64,000 nt of DNA from a virus. Below, one piece after another: positions 60,301 through 64,000 of this stretch. The position numbers were made by a program, and so were the translations under genes. The notes beneath the pieces are model-generated. The model was not told the origin of the DNA, ran no database searches, and saw only the letters and a program-made list of their open reading frames with translations. The stretch covers positions 1-64,000 of the IMG/VR virus record IMGVR_UViG_3300020416_000001; one strand, written 5' to 3'. Each line of letters begins with the position of its first letter. Position 1 is the first letter of the stretch.

Positions 60301-63073
60301 AACAATGACTGCTGTCCATAAGATTGAACAGTTATGGCATTTGGTTTACACTGCACTTGCAGAATCCAAGTTACCAACTGTATTCATCAAGCAGGCAATC
60401 GATGTTGGTGTTGATGTGAATTCTGATGGTTCAATATTCAAACCAAATCATCCATTCGAGGCATATGACAGAGTTAATTACACTGTCTTGGGTACAAATA
60501 TTGTGGAACTTGACAGGTCACAATACTACATCCACCCAGACACTACTTCGGACAGAATCTTCTTGGCAGAGTACATTGATGGACACAAACTTACATCTCT
60601 GACCCCAGGACTCCCAGGTGAGATCCACACATTCTCTGTAAGCAGAACCACTGGTATTGAGCGTATCCCAACAACATTTGGTGATCGTGACATTCCTACA
60701 CCTACATCTGGTGGTATAGAACCTGCTGACATCTTCTACGGTACAACATCTGACGCATACGCTGAAGTTATCCGTGTTCAGGACAACCTTGCTGCTATCA
60801 ATTACAGGGTTGTATTCCTTCCTATCACACTTACATCTGCTCCTGAGGTATTCCTTCAGGGTGAACAGATTGTTAAGACAGGTGCTACAGGTAATGAAGG
60901 TAAGATTATCGCTACTGACAACGCAACTTACATAAAAGTAGAGATGACCAGTGGTTCATTTACTGCTACAGACAATATTGAGGGTATAACTTCAGGTGCA
61001 ACTGGTCTTGTTGGCACAGGAATCCACGATAGATTGATCGTCAACTTCAAGCAAGGTGAGTTTATTGCTACTGATAACATCTATTCTAAGGAAGACAGTG
61101 GTAAAGCAAACGCTCTTATCGTCAGAAATAACGATGGTGCTCTAATTGATAACCAATCAGGTAGAATTACCTATGACATTGAGAGTGTTGTTGGTAACTT
61201 TGAACCTAACGATGTTATCTACGGTTCTGTTACTGATCAGATTATCGAGGTTGAAGCATTCACAATCCTCCCAGGATTCGGTGAGTACGTTCATTCTACT
61301 CAGATTACTAAGTTTACATACGCAGGATTGATTACTGACACAGGAGTTACTGACACATTCAACGTTGGTGATGTGTTACAACTCCAGAACGCAGGACAAT
61401 CTGTTGGTCACACCTTCGTGGTCACTGAGCACGACATTGATAACAACGAAATCTACCTCGCAAATGAGACTGGACGCTTTGTTTCTATCGGTGATGATCT
61501 AAGCGTGATCGCAAATGATGCAGCATATCAACTTGCTAAGATCCCACCTGGATCTAACTTCCCAAGCGTTTACACCTCTGGTATCACACTCGTTACACAG
61601 ACTACAACATCTGCCTACGGTAAGGTCGAGAAGATTCAACAAATTGGTCTTCGCTTGATTATTCACCTTGGTGACACTTCTGGAACATTCCTCAAGAATG
61701 CACAGATCATTGGTGATGCAGGATTCAGAGCAGCGTGTTCAGTCGCTAAGACTCTACGCGGGCGTGTGAAGAGATTCTTCAGAGGATTTGATGGTGTTCA
61801 ACAGAACTTCAAGTTAACTACTGGAAACGGTACTGCATACTTCCCAGATCCTGCAGGTCATATGATGATCTTCGTGAATGGTATCCTACAACCTCCAGGT
61901 GGTAACAACGCATTCACTGCATTCTCTGATAACATCCAGTTCACTGAACCACCTGCGATTGGATCTACATTCCACGGCGTGTACGTTGGTAAATTGAGAC
62001 AGTTGGATGACATCTCATTCGACTTCGACTCCTTGAGAAACTCCTTCAACTTGAAACTTGGTGGTGTGTTCTACTCACTTACACTGACTGATGGTGTACA
62101 ATCCAACACCATTCTTCCTGAGAACAACATCATCTGTCAGTTGAACGGTGTTATTCAGGAACCTGGAATTGGTTTCGAGATCGTTGGTTCTAGAATCATC
62201 TTCTCTGAAGTACCTCGTGCAGGTTCAACCTTCGTTGCCTTCTCATACATTGGTTCTGACGTTGACGTTATCGCAGCAACAGTTGTACCACCTATTGAAT
62301 CGGGTGACATTCTACAGATTGAGGGTGAGGACGAGACTAGAGAGGTTGCTCTAATTGAATCTTCTAACTCACTTATCACATTCGAATACTCGGGTGCTGT
62401 TAAGGGACGTAACGGATCTGCTCTCGCGAACATCGAGAAGGGTCGCGTTATCGAAGCAATCCTTACAAACTCTGGTGATGGTTATACTTCACGTCCTAAC
62501 ATTGACGTGATCTCCTCCTCAGGTTTTGGTGCACGCATCAAGGCACTTGTGGGTCTAGCACGCATCGACGTGAAGAACGCAGGACAGGGTTATGTACAAC
62601 CAACCATCAACGTGAACACTACCGTTCCTGATAGTTTCTTCGCACCTTCTGGTGTTGGAGTCAACGGTGGTATTGACATCTACGATCCAAACTACGTTCC
62701 CCCAGGTGAATCTCAGGCACAGGGTGAGCAGGCGATTGTCATTGAATCTCAACCTGTTAACACAACTGTTAACCAAGGAGATACTGCATCATTCACAGTG
62801 GTCGCTTCTACTAACCCTGTCGGTGGCACAATCACCTATCAGTGGCAGAAGAAGAACTACGGTGAAAGTGACTGGAATAACATCAACGGTGCTACTTCCC
62901 CAACATACACAACGCCAGACACAACTCAGGCAGACGGTGGTGATGAATTCAGATGTGGTCTTACCGCAGCGGGTGCAACACCAACATTATCCAACTCTGC
63001 AGTTCTTACAATCAACATTGGAGCAACTACAGTGGATAACTTCACTCCTGATCAGATCTTCGATGACAACTAA
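42311..63073 (+). CDS. gp7: giant baseplate wedge initiator (gp7-like) with many inserted domains
   Basis: 6920 aa following gp6. SQIP.FI.ED...F...YY, DFY.SKGT, IQDSYFYQNFSYVIKS..HP.G core motifs; LamG-like, YHYH-like, carbohydrate-binding-like, helical-repeat and Ig-like modules. Confidence 0.8.
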   Translation: MVAHNTAIQVSQRLNSQIPAFIKEDHDQFVNLLTEYYKSQEKSGRPYDVLNSILSYIDIGSGEFDPNFLSSESAVLEAVNPTQNKIVAENVNYFLEKDGTLKIDDEVLYYESVTHSPDIVFTPGVNKQEFDRKIQEFEPINNQFDSSKTEFNLRLLGRPVTPQSSNHLLVIVNGDFMFPDRDYFVEGDRIRFVNPPAATTGALTGAINTIRYLIGYTSVPVRSLDTITVDADAKEFHLKLNTQPYTPLSTVSSIVVVNRVEKRPFEDFTVFNDKLIFKQDVSQNATIDVRSVELIAPEFGSGAAAVSQIEGGSVSDILVKNGGQGYRVSFAPRITIQSNKGPGEGATAEALVNGIKNTQLLFPGQGYSSNNPPIVVVDDPADSEGSRAQITAIVSDEIEGVSELRVTSSGSGYDRIPSIKFVNPGGATITDPVVEGGSIKTGSISVIDRGSGYSSPPLVYMDPPTGDNAINATAIAVLDDDGRVERIDIISNGQGYEGAIRARIVDPVGAQILDVSCTGGRVTNIELLTGGKGYTDAPSVYIVDNRKDTNGQPIGGEGATAVATIFNGEITDINITSFGNGYSDTEPPKVFIAAPPVPEASCDVGFGEITGFTIHSDGSGYEPSAFTGVKRGVSGVTSFDQKGHQIYSKESSLVQSSHAKGAVIHNLDNLFAKELYRRFVNQYLPNAEIDYTKVNAPQIIKTISDFYASKGTKISTQYLFKILYSENVDVSYPKDEVIKPSAATWNVDTVLRAELLEGSPENLLDSQLIQYIDDVDVNVRGASALVENVIAINTGVGTVYELAISEETLQGAFTIPYKTTLVEELSTTESIITVDSTIGWPERNGTIRINDDEVVQYKEKTLNQFIECTRSKNGVVEDWDAGTIVHSDIFVYVNRGTDTECKLRVLGIADAESTVLSDNGSYYLPGDKLNVASLGSTTNDKRITSWLYNVKKLINITQIIPGGLNNQTATVTCSNNHGLLVGDTVTIYGANPTVFNGTFLVTSRINNTQFEYNIPAPAPNEPQGNILLSVDLNKGKSPEEGISVAIRDFTTNVQNTFFNDDYAYVASSGIPNYEVGPFLGSALLPGNQRKLIRIPRTINTISKRTDTTFGPIGSWVNGVSTWSYKSQNKIKFGGVTGISIDDPGKGYDAANPPVIEINGGGGTGAKASVVVNGALSEIQVSSGGTGYTSSPLVSIVGGGGFGATATAVITNGVVSKILVETPGQGYTSQPDVSISGGGGTGCAATAQVRGPIQSVTVDSAGAAYTASPEIKLNSGEGAVAQPIIINGRIVSIAIIAAGRGYTTAPEIVINGDGYGAIARATIGNVGEDRGKVIGVTVVNRGIGYTTGNTTIRLEAVGELAEFTASVFEWTRNLQDELGQNFDTARGYVFAGYNTQYGGEYAHLSDPKQLRYVLGDNVFKNQATQQLQELTTGYQHSPILGWAFDGNPIYGPYGYIDATNQSSGVRRIRSSYRIKPALIFDAATNPEPVRADGPLLTDYIAGSFIDDFEYVFQEGDLDQYNGRFCKTPDFPEGVYAYFVSIDASDAGNPVFPYICGPQLYSSPDEWNFSQSAVQTNIPSNVVRFRDPYEDVDIDIDRTPNQATDTLVTELGEDLIFEIEDTNRDGLINNLEDTTPIQITEEPVLQLFDYYPKVSTRSVVDIDIETTTKFEDAKVDGFVVENPGISYKVNDKLFFDNEGTDGFGASAKVEAVKGLDIAGYSSYMTGDQPVGKITTATEHELRVNDQIIVTSTPILDDTNKTFKVKVISGVERVTVDQSGLGYSEDIPPTYEVITNSGQDFNIDIVRDEGGRVENVNIINSGSGYDENNPPQIRVSHPQRFKKATYFLSFLKEAGSTLTINDIKVADDRTFYVCGKTEIADGDVAGILAKFNSDGRLLWQRTLIPTVPQTADKSLQWKSLHIENSNPHNIYVIGETVPNVGNLTHNPDIVVAKYQSGFNNANNPDGIIQWQRDIAGISGSTRRDYASSIRLDQDGRVMIAGYTDSNATAPDDMWVALMDIDGSIMEKRKIASAAASEHLHQVEWRTDDTFLFTGISDPAGAANIILGETYYDTATIEVVWSKQIESAAYQFADPTFTIDEYGSVYVTATAIDTNGKNYGVLYCKFDNQDYTAVSVSKMYVPTGNYTSCKNAGVAFDVFGNIDVSALVERDFNDVQSVTAKISWNSGNILSAAEAKEDSGIGYHPTCVANDNSGDTLVAGNKVEAQQLAIFNWNTADNLFDETYNDTLKTGTNKQWYATGNAVIDNTKFYNGASSVKLDAPNSLLLQYSTTADVSVEWTMEGWFALGATQYAAQASKPEFFGIYSQLAQEVKVGVDGTSGSANFGKIFLDLNGTTSYSTGTAFWTGFNSEAWVHVAISKERPGVGSYIYRIYVNGVEAHSVTSASVDVNMMQVTLGPISTPSSQNNWIGWVDNFVVTPSAKYTDAFTAGLITGTNKVTEAFIYKIDKDKTKLGTFTLNDVETGHTLTTSATSNYTFNTQPVSVNPWLIGPAGIQILDYSDVVSTHVPGVYTVTSTDEAWASRTATIPTQGGKKLLLTTKVIPKFYIRDAKYTSIDLVKTITFNQPATFTKGTVLQQYSTIGGNDVVSAYGTVVEVGTSSCKIGKIIGSFDTSKLLKSTAGDVNETDKEFTVLTTTPVWEQNQNYDVGDIVYSNGKIYTSGTAATAGPIAPNHTSGTVSDGNINWAFTSVAGTFSVDLANSVHGSGTLAQFASWKPFNASDYTIRIQQIYDDSDFIKGDTIDADAVNLTFDVDATGKIATFGGLVGVKQFNLQAKLNKDVIPSQGLTNTDLVYCSANTRHNFAATDIIFTEGFSTNEYNGSFFVEEVFTSRDFTYKLRSTAVQDPTFSGSGSSVSNVNIFAKHPKFLFVRGHQYIFDLDDSSNLGYYLSFSKDNQYKLEYPFINIIREGTPGFTDDDSPTPLVKFVINDDVTNISYYFDPSRTTADNSPVGEGSFIDVIESPYQGTFTISKVSSDGLEFDFPLLVEPEKTIAPVGNNEFGNPRSFYSTTSIKAIGPIASIKLVNPGGFYQKLPIVTDIASNREIEKVRVNNGGTEYVNGVYYNVPIAGDGEGATCNITVQDDGDFTGVITDVVLTSAGKGYTFASIDVDAIPGILGPLLAGSGAQLEVVIPSEGSGASVFLQGKSIGRIKKLKNNEFGFGYSHDYTLRPEITFPVNLQLFNTAILAEIKITDPGSGYTSTPAVVIEGGGGTGAQAEAVIKNNRLSEVIIKDPGAGYSSEPTVTLKSEFNYVVNIDLGYLQFNFPHGITTGAEIQLRAEDLGSTVGILPKPSSAGLVSLSSSQTYYAIAGEANGLESDQLRISLTKLDAESGSYITFLTQGEGRQILLTEVFGGQATAIVETSRFLEGELVYQGSSLELASATGYVSTNEGWQIGPRILKLENYDGVWTAGERVTGEVSRASGLIDNLSIARGTLNIDSLTNTPGQFIDDVGKPSEIVQKIQDSYFYQNFSYVIKSETPINTWRKPVLETNHPVGFNLFGELAITGGKDISGRKVVSDLIKEVNINAFTNINQITSFANAQPIYTQFNNTEVLFRQKRLTNSEEILTSIVKKIDNISDDFDGVRTQFPLNVEGSSITATEDQMFVLLNGVAQSPGTSFSTSGPSIVFSEPPKAPSRIKFRTVTFAQLLITRITFDLIGGIFPLSGNRVRGLVSEATATVVDSGTDYIDVINIEGTFQAGEAVLNSATGFNSTIASNGVSGLSSKTIFEQGERITNLDGKFAIIEENNLDDGNINNELVVSRTSGTAEYETGEFEIKFNDIIYSARSKIAATVSAIAPYQDAVSEQIIDTVDLSPSSSFFALVFQRVPSITYPNVILDNIGDTVINPTELYDIESPNNQDFLDFESVRNQEIRYDGLTGNDFAPGTNIRLKKIYFGNSSIRTVHDTRANNAAEALVKNDRFIAEEAVGMMLNFYPSFTVPTGKVNCEDDIVDMLNLIAWQLEHDGNSEVWDAANFYVQNNTVYHVDGQVAQTIYAMNAARDLANKCINMVDITTEYTTLSQWKDLTITPEYEVVSNSHGDARTLLLANKWFIAYESLHYAKTLNPGYNVSGGDEHCLSDIVDVVEALAYNVAHGGNDFIWEATDRILHYGVTSGDRDTIVNSFTKAKAMSLDIMRNIAVTKAGSHDWNQVTISITADPASPTCQAVAASITTLMDILINALGTTASPGTREAFQAAVTSTAPQADYSQGRTTIPNENACVAQTSAVANFFKIITDTLSDPTGADPATYQWSISNVPRIAPAYTFEAGETIRSIKHSYKDKSSGGFFNFGQVLKGVSSGAVAEIIGTNAGSKWVYTKGVTGAFNPAEYITNSTITYNNVTTDKLNPGTGTGSLEFSGTSSRLRHDSNAAFAFGTGDYTVELWIYPTTVSGTQRIIDFRTASSSNAGSIFLQGTSIKFGIGVNDHITGSAAVPTANQWYHVAISRASNVTKMFVNGQPVGSDYTDASDYPNSPITVGASWANGETFTGNMDNLIIRKGTASYSSGFTPPTVYDFKALDISFGFNGESPFPMELSAVYATYQQTIISSANADGVELWREEIMTEEIDVSRDDYRDCADIIDKNRFWIAEEAVGRMKEKYPAFVIPGDGGGSTQGTDKCVRDTNSFIIPAIINDLKLGGNFHTIVAGRGYLEGSGALKHVNGELLQSIYTWREVGKICIDVITKDESDLTGEYTNRIRVPNYFSSPASSAIQTFISDLIDNMLEVMSPTGHRYRDGADLLYFNRGAIADEAVSMMEQEWNVLINFVQQDKIDIPSREKCVRDIRDHIVPAVAGDLITGGNSNIQGMIDSYLDSQSNINYIETELLAMLDALEHVKFLSNKALQNLLVGRNENIANIAGTTPQTIDDFYQLQYSDLTAYRKEYDAAVNYDLTGGVITESTFYPPDPKIFQGTHRALDSANIIERNARTIAGEAVDIVTKTSAFKHYNFRVPGGKVHCEDDIVDFINSVAHDLRFSSNSEVYDAAALYLNTDMGLSHVTGQSQETIYAYKMARDMSILAIRNKLGFTPFEEATTGGGGGQGGNAIGGGVPRGDYDNNATTNKDYDAGNEIENNLRFIATTAVGRGYAQYPNLTFGGYGYQSCVDDVIDILEAMAWNLKHGGNNKVWYATEFYITDANAIQHINSQATEVKYIFEQARDIAIEVMRQQLVTVNGYTEGYPVYDTTITIDSSSSQTGQLTPTNATYNPATGDLVLTKTGHGLVAGDAVQIATYGLKFTCDFDGNQSEHTYPRPLDPSNGALLPVTSSNSSTFTVNVGTTTNVNYDVSNAIYEEATGNLFLDIGSNTLDVGRHIKLPDNAITFTCTKDGNATNHSYPRPSDYASGKSLTVLEIGDSEFTATNAAYVPATGVLTLTVPNHGFANGDNVQIVTNSLNFTCDMDNNYTVHSYPRVSDPAANKYLPVGNVTTNTFTVNVGTTGTVNFTPTNVAYNPITGNMVLTLGTGHGLVTGSHLKIQPNSLTFTCEEDDNATNHSYPRTTTTTHTVTDAAYNGTTGIMTLTIPQHGFSNGDQIKIADNSLTFRCAEDNYATDHTYPRSTDPASGSWLEISNVTANTFKVQVLLSDGIPSTNVTAHNFISASSSGVTWKKDRAYDVPLEVIAATATTVTVNVLASGRTPSTNTTTHTFVAATPNAISAGGNYTHTFTSAVANGIKFKNGRIKVNVNPAPTSEQYPHTFVSAVSNAVQGGGNYNHTFISSTTNSISWITGGGGATRCATQASSITTLMGITIDLFNSGTSNPQNYIDGISRTLPGEWPLTGERAAVRDLTITYDQAGSGQCNVESSTISSLFDIVIGVVKDAAAGNGSYFTNQGISRNAPIQNNTLLFGGGVCYNVTSAANVLYDLLEDTLGRAPEMYRQASRIISLNDLYINREAYYKTVNQYSGYTGDISFGDDIRKAYIYDLLTDGNAKTVELINNWFDAEGNFIAFPNIFRTYLIFHAQATTDMIKHILSGTAPEPGTYNLEPLYKDRELRPTMTAVHKIEQLWHLVYTALAESKLPTVFIKQAIDVGVDVNSDGSIFKPNHPFEAYDRVNYTVLGTNIVELDRSQYYIHPDTTSDRIFLAEYIDGHKLTSLTPGLPGEIHTFSVSRTTGIERIPTTFGDRDIPTPTSGGIEPADIFYGTTSDAYAEVIRVQDNLAAINYRVVFLPITLTSAPEVFLQGEQIVKTGATGNEGKIIATDNATYIKVEMTSGSFTATDNIEGITSGATGLVGTGIHDRLIVNFKQGEFIATDNIYSKEDSGKANALIVRNNDGALIDNQSGRITYDIESVVGNFEPNDVIYGSVTDQIIEVEAFTILPGFGEYVHSTQITKFTYAGLITDTGVTDTFNVGDVLQLQNAGQSVGHTFVVTEHDIDNNEIYLANETGRFVSIGDDLSVIANDAAYQLAKIPPGSNFPSVYTSGITLVTQTTTSAYGKVEKIQQIGLRLIIHLGDTSGTFLKNAQIIGDAGFRAACSVAKTLRGRVKRFFRGFDGVQQNFKLTTGNGTAYFPDPAGHMMIFVNGILQPPGGNNAFTAFSDNIQFTEPPAIGSTFHGVYVGKLRQLDDISFDFDSLRNSFNLKLGGVFYSLTLTDGVQSNTILPENNIICQLNGVIQEPGIGFEIVGSRIIFSEVPRAGSTFVAFSYIGSDVDVIAATVVPPIESGDILQIEGEDETREVALIESSNSLITFEYSGAVKGRNGSALANIEKGRVIEAILTNSGDGYTSRPNIDVISSSGFGARIKALVGLARIDVKNAGQGYVQPTINVNTTVPDSFFAPSGVGVNGGIDIYDPNYVPPGESQAQGEQAIVIESQPVNTTVNQGDTASFTVVASTNPVGGTITYQWQKKNYGESDWNNINGATSPTYTTPDTTQADGGDEFRCGLTAAGATPTLSNSAVLTINIGATTVDNFTPDQIFDDN

Positions 63074-63076
63074 ATA

Positions 63077-63274
63077 ATGGAAGATAATGAATTCTATTGT
63101 GAGTGGAGGATGGGAATCCACGAACTTCGTGCATTCTACGATCACCTTACTTACTCGATCAAGATGTGGCCAGGTTCTCCTGCGAGACCTGCTGATGAAC
63201 AAGTGTTTCTCGAACGCTTGAAGAAACAAACTTTTGCGATGATCTGTGAATATAACCTTACGGAAATCGACTAA
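63077..63274 (+). CDS. hypothetical protein
   Basis: 65 aa, 'WPGSPARP..EQ..L..LK' motif. Confidence 0.7.
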   Translation: MEDNEFYCEWRMGIHELRAFYDHLTYSIKMWPGSPARPADEQVFLERLKKQTFAMICEYNLTEID

Positions 63275-64000
63275 TGGCAGCAAACGGAAGTTACAACGCA
63301 GTAACTGAAATACTGACAATCACGGGAAATGGTCTTCCAACTCCTGTAGTTCCTGGTACCTTCCCGAATGCTGATAACTCAAATACGATTACATCATATA
63401 CTTTCTCTCATAACTTTACATATAGGGGTGGAGATAATACAACAACATCAGGTACATTACCTGTAGGTATCGTTGGTCTTAGTGCTAACGGCGTTGCTAT
63501 CTACAATCCTTCAGGTGGATCAGAGGGTACACCTCCACAAGGTTTCAACTGGGTTGCGTCAGCAACGAATACTGCTATTGACTTTGGTGAGGACAACTGT
63601 GGTGGTTATCCTGAGACAACTGGACAATATCATTACCGTGATTCACATCTCCTGAATTGTTGGAAAGCGAATCAGGTAATGTCAGGTTACAACGATTACT
63701 ACGGTTCAACACAATATCAAGGTGACAATATGCGTCATCCTGATGGTCATTCTAAGATCATCGGTTTTTGCTTTGATGGATACCCCATCTATGGACCATA
63801 TGGTTATGACGATCCGACAAACAATCTTTCACAAGTAAAGATTATGGTTACGGGTTATCAGATGCGTGATAATATCGCTGTTAATAGACCTGCATACGAT
63901 TCAACATATCCAAAAGGTGCATTTATTCAAGACTATGAATACAATGCAGATACAACTGGAAGACATCTAGACGCATATAATGGGCGTTTCTGTCACACTC
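63274..64000 (+). CDS. YHYH-domain virion protein (partial, runs off window)
   Basis: Open from ATG 63274 to the window end: NGV.IYNP, D.CGG.P...G.YHY, HSKIIG..FDGYPIYGPYGY, LD.YNGRFC. Confidence 0.85.
   Translation, partial: MAANGSYNAVTEILTITGNGLPTPVVPGTFPNADNSNTITSYTFSHNFTYRGGDNTTTSGTLPVGIVGLSANGVAIYNPSGGSEGTPPQGFNWVASATNTAIDFGEDNCGGYPETTGQYHYRDSHLLNCWKANQVMSGYNDYYGSTQYQGDNMRHPDGHSKIIGFCFDGYPIYGPYGYDDPTNNLSQVKIMVTGYQMRDNIAVNRPAYDSTYPKGAFIQDYEYNADTTGRHLDAYNGRFCHT

Noticed and set aside
42311-63073. Intein, readthrough or alternative genetic code explaining the giant ORF
   Set aside because: No LAGLIDADG or Hint motifs were noticed, there are no internal stops, and all three stop codons are used normally elsewhere.
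1106-63319. All minus-strand ORFs in the track, and + strand ORFs nested in long genes
   Set aside because: They are shadows of biased codon usage in longer, motif-bearing + strand genes and have no recognisable motifs.
63473-63655. 60-aa track ORF
   Set aside because: It lies out of frame inside the YHYH gene starting at 63274.

Overview
A 64-kb piece of a T4-like marine cyanomyovirus (Kyanoviridae type, resembling Prochlorococcus/Synechococcus phages). Essentially every credible gene is on the + strand. Layout: (1) 1-0.8 kb, small genes (PsbN-like C-terminus, glutaredoxin-like); (2) 0.85-11.5 kb, late virion/fibre genes, two of them Gly-rich; (3) 11.5-19.8 kb, a tailoring-enzyme cluster with two flavin-dependent (PrnA-like) halogenases, five 2OG-Fe(II) oxygenases and two related unknowns; (4) 19.8-21.8 kb, small hypotheticals; (5) 21.8-30.8 kb, an island of 14 cassettes, each headed by a 24-bp imperfect palindrome (consensus TGTGACAGTT-N4-AA[C/G]TG[T/G]CACA) lying 29-31 nt upstream of a -10 box, driving an SF2 helicase, a PD-(D/E)xK nuclease, ~25 tiny proteins and an ORF-less structured RNA candidate; (6) 30.8-35.3 kb, oxygenases, HNH/NUMOD4 nucleases, NlpC/P60, an AbrB-like protein and a possible origin; (7) 35.3-64 kb, the baseplate block (large structural protein, PAAR, gp25, gp6, a 6920-aa gp7-like giant built by nested domain insertion, and a YHYH protein running off the end). 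No tRNA, rRNA or CRISPR array was seen. All calls come from reading motifs by eye; no searches were run.
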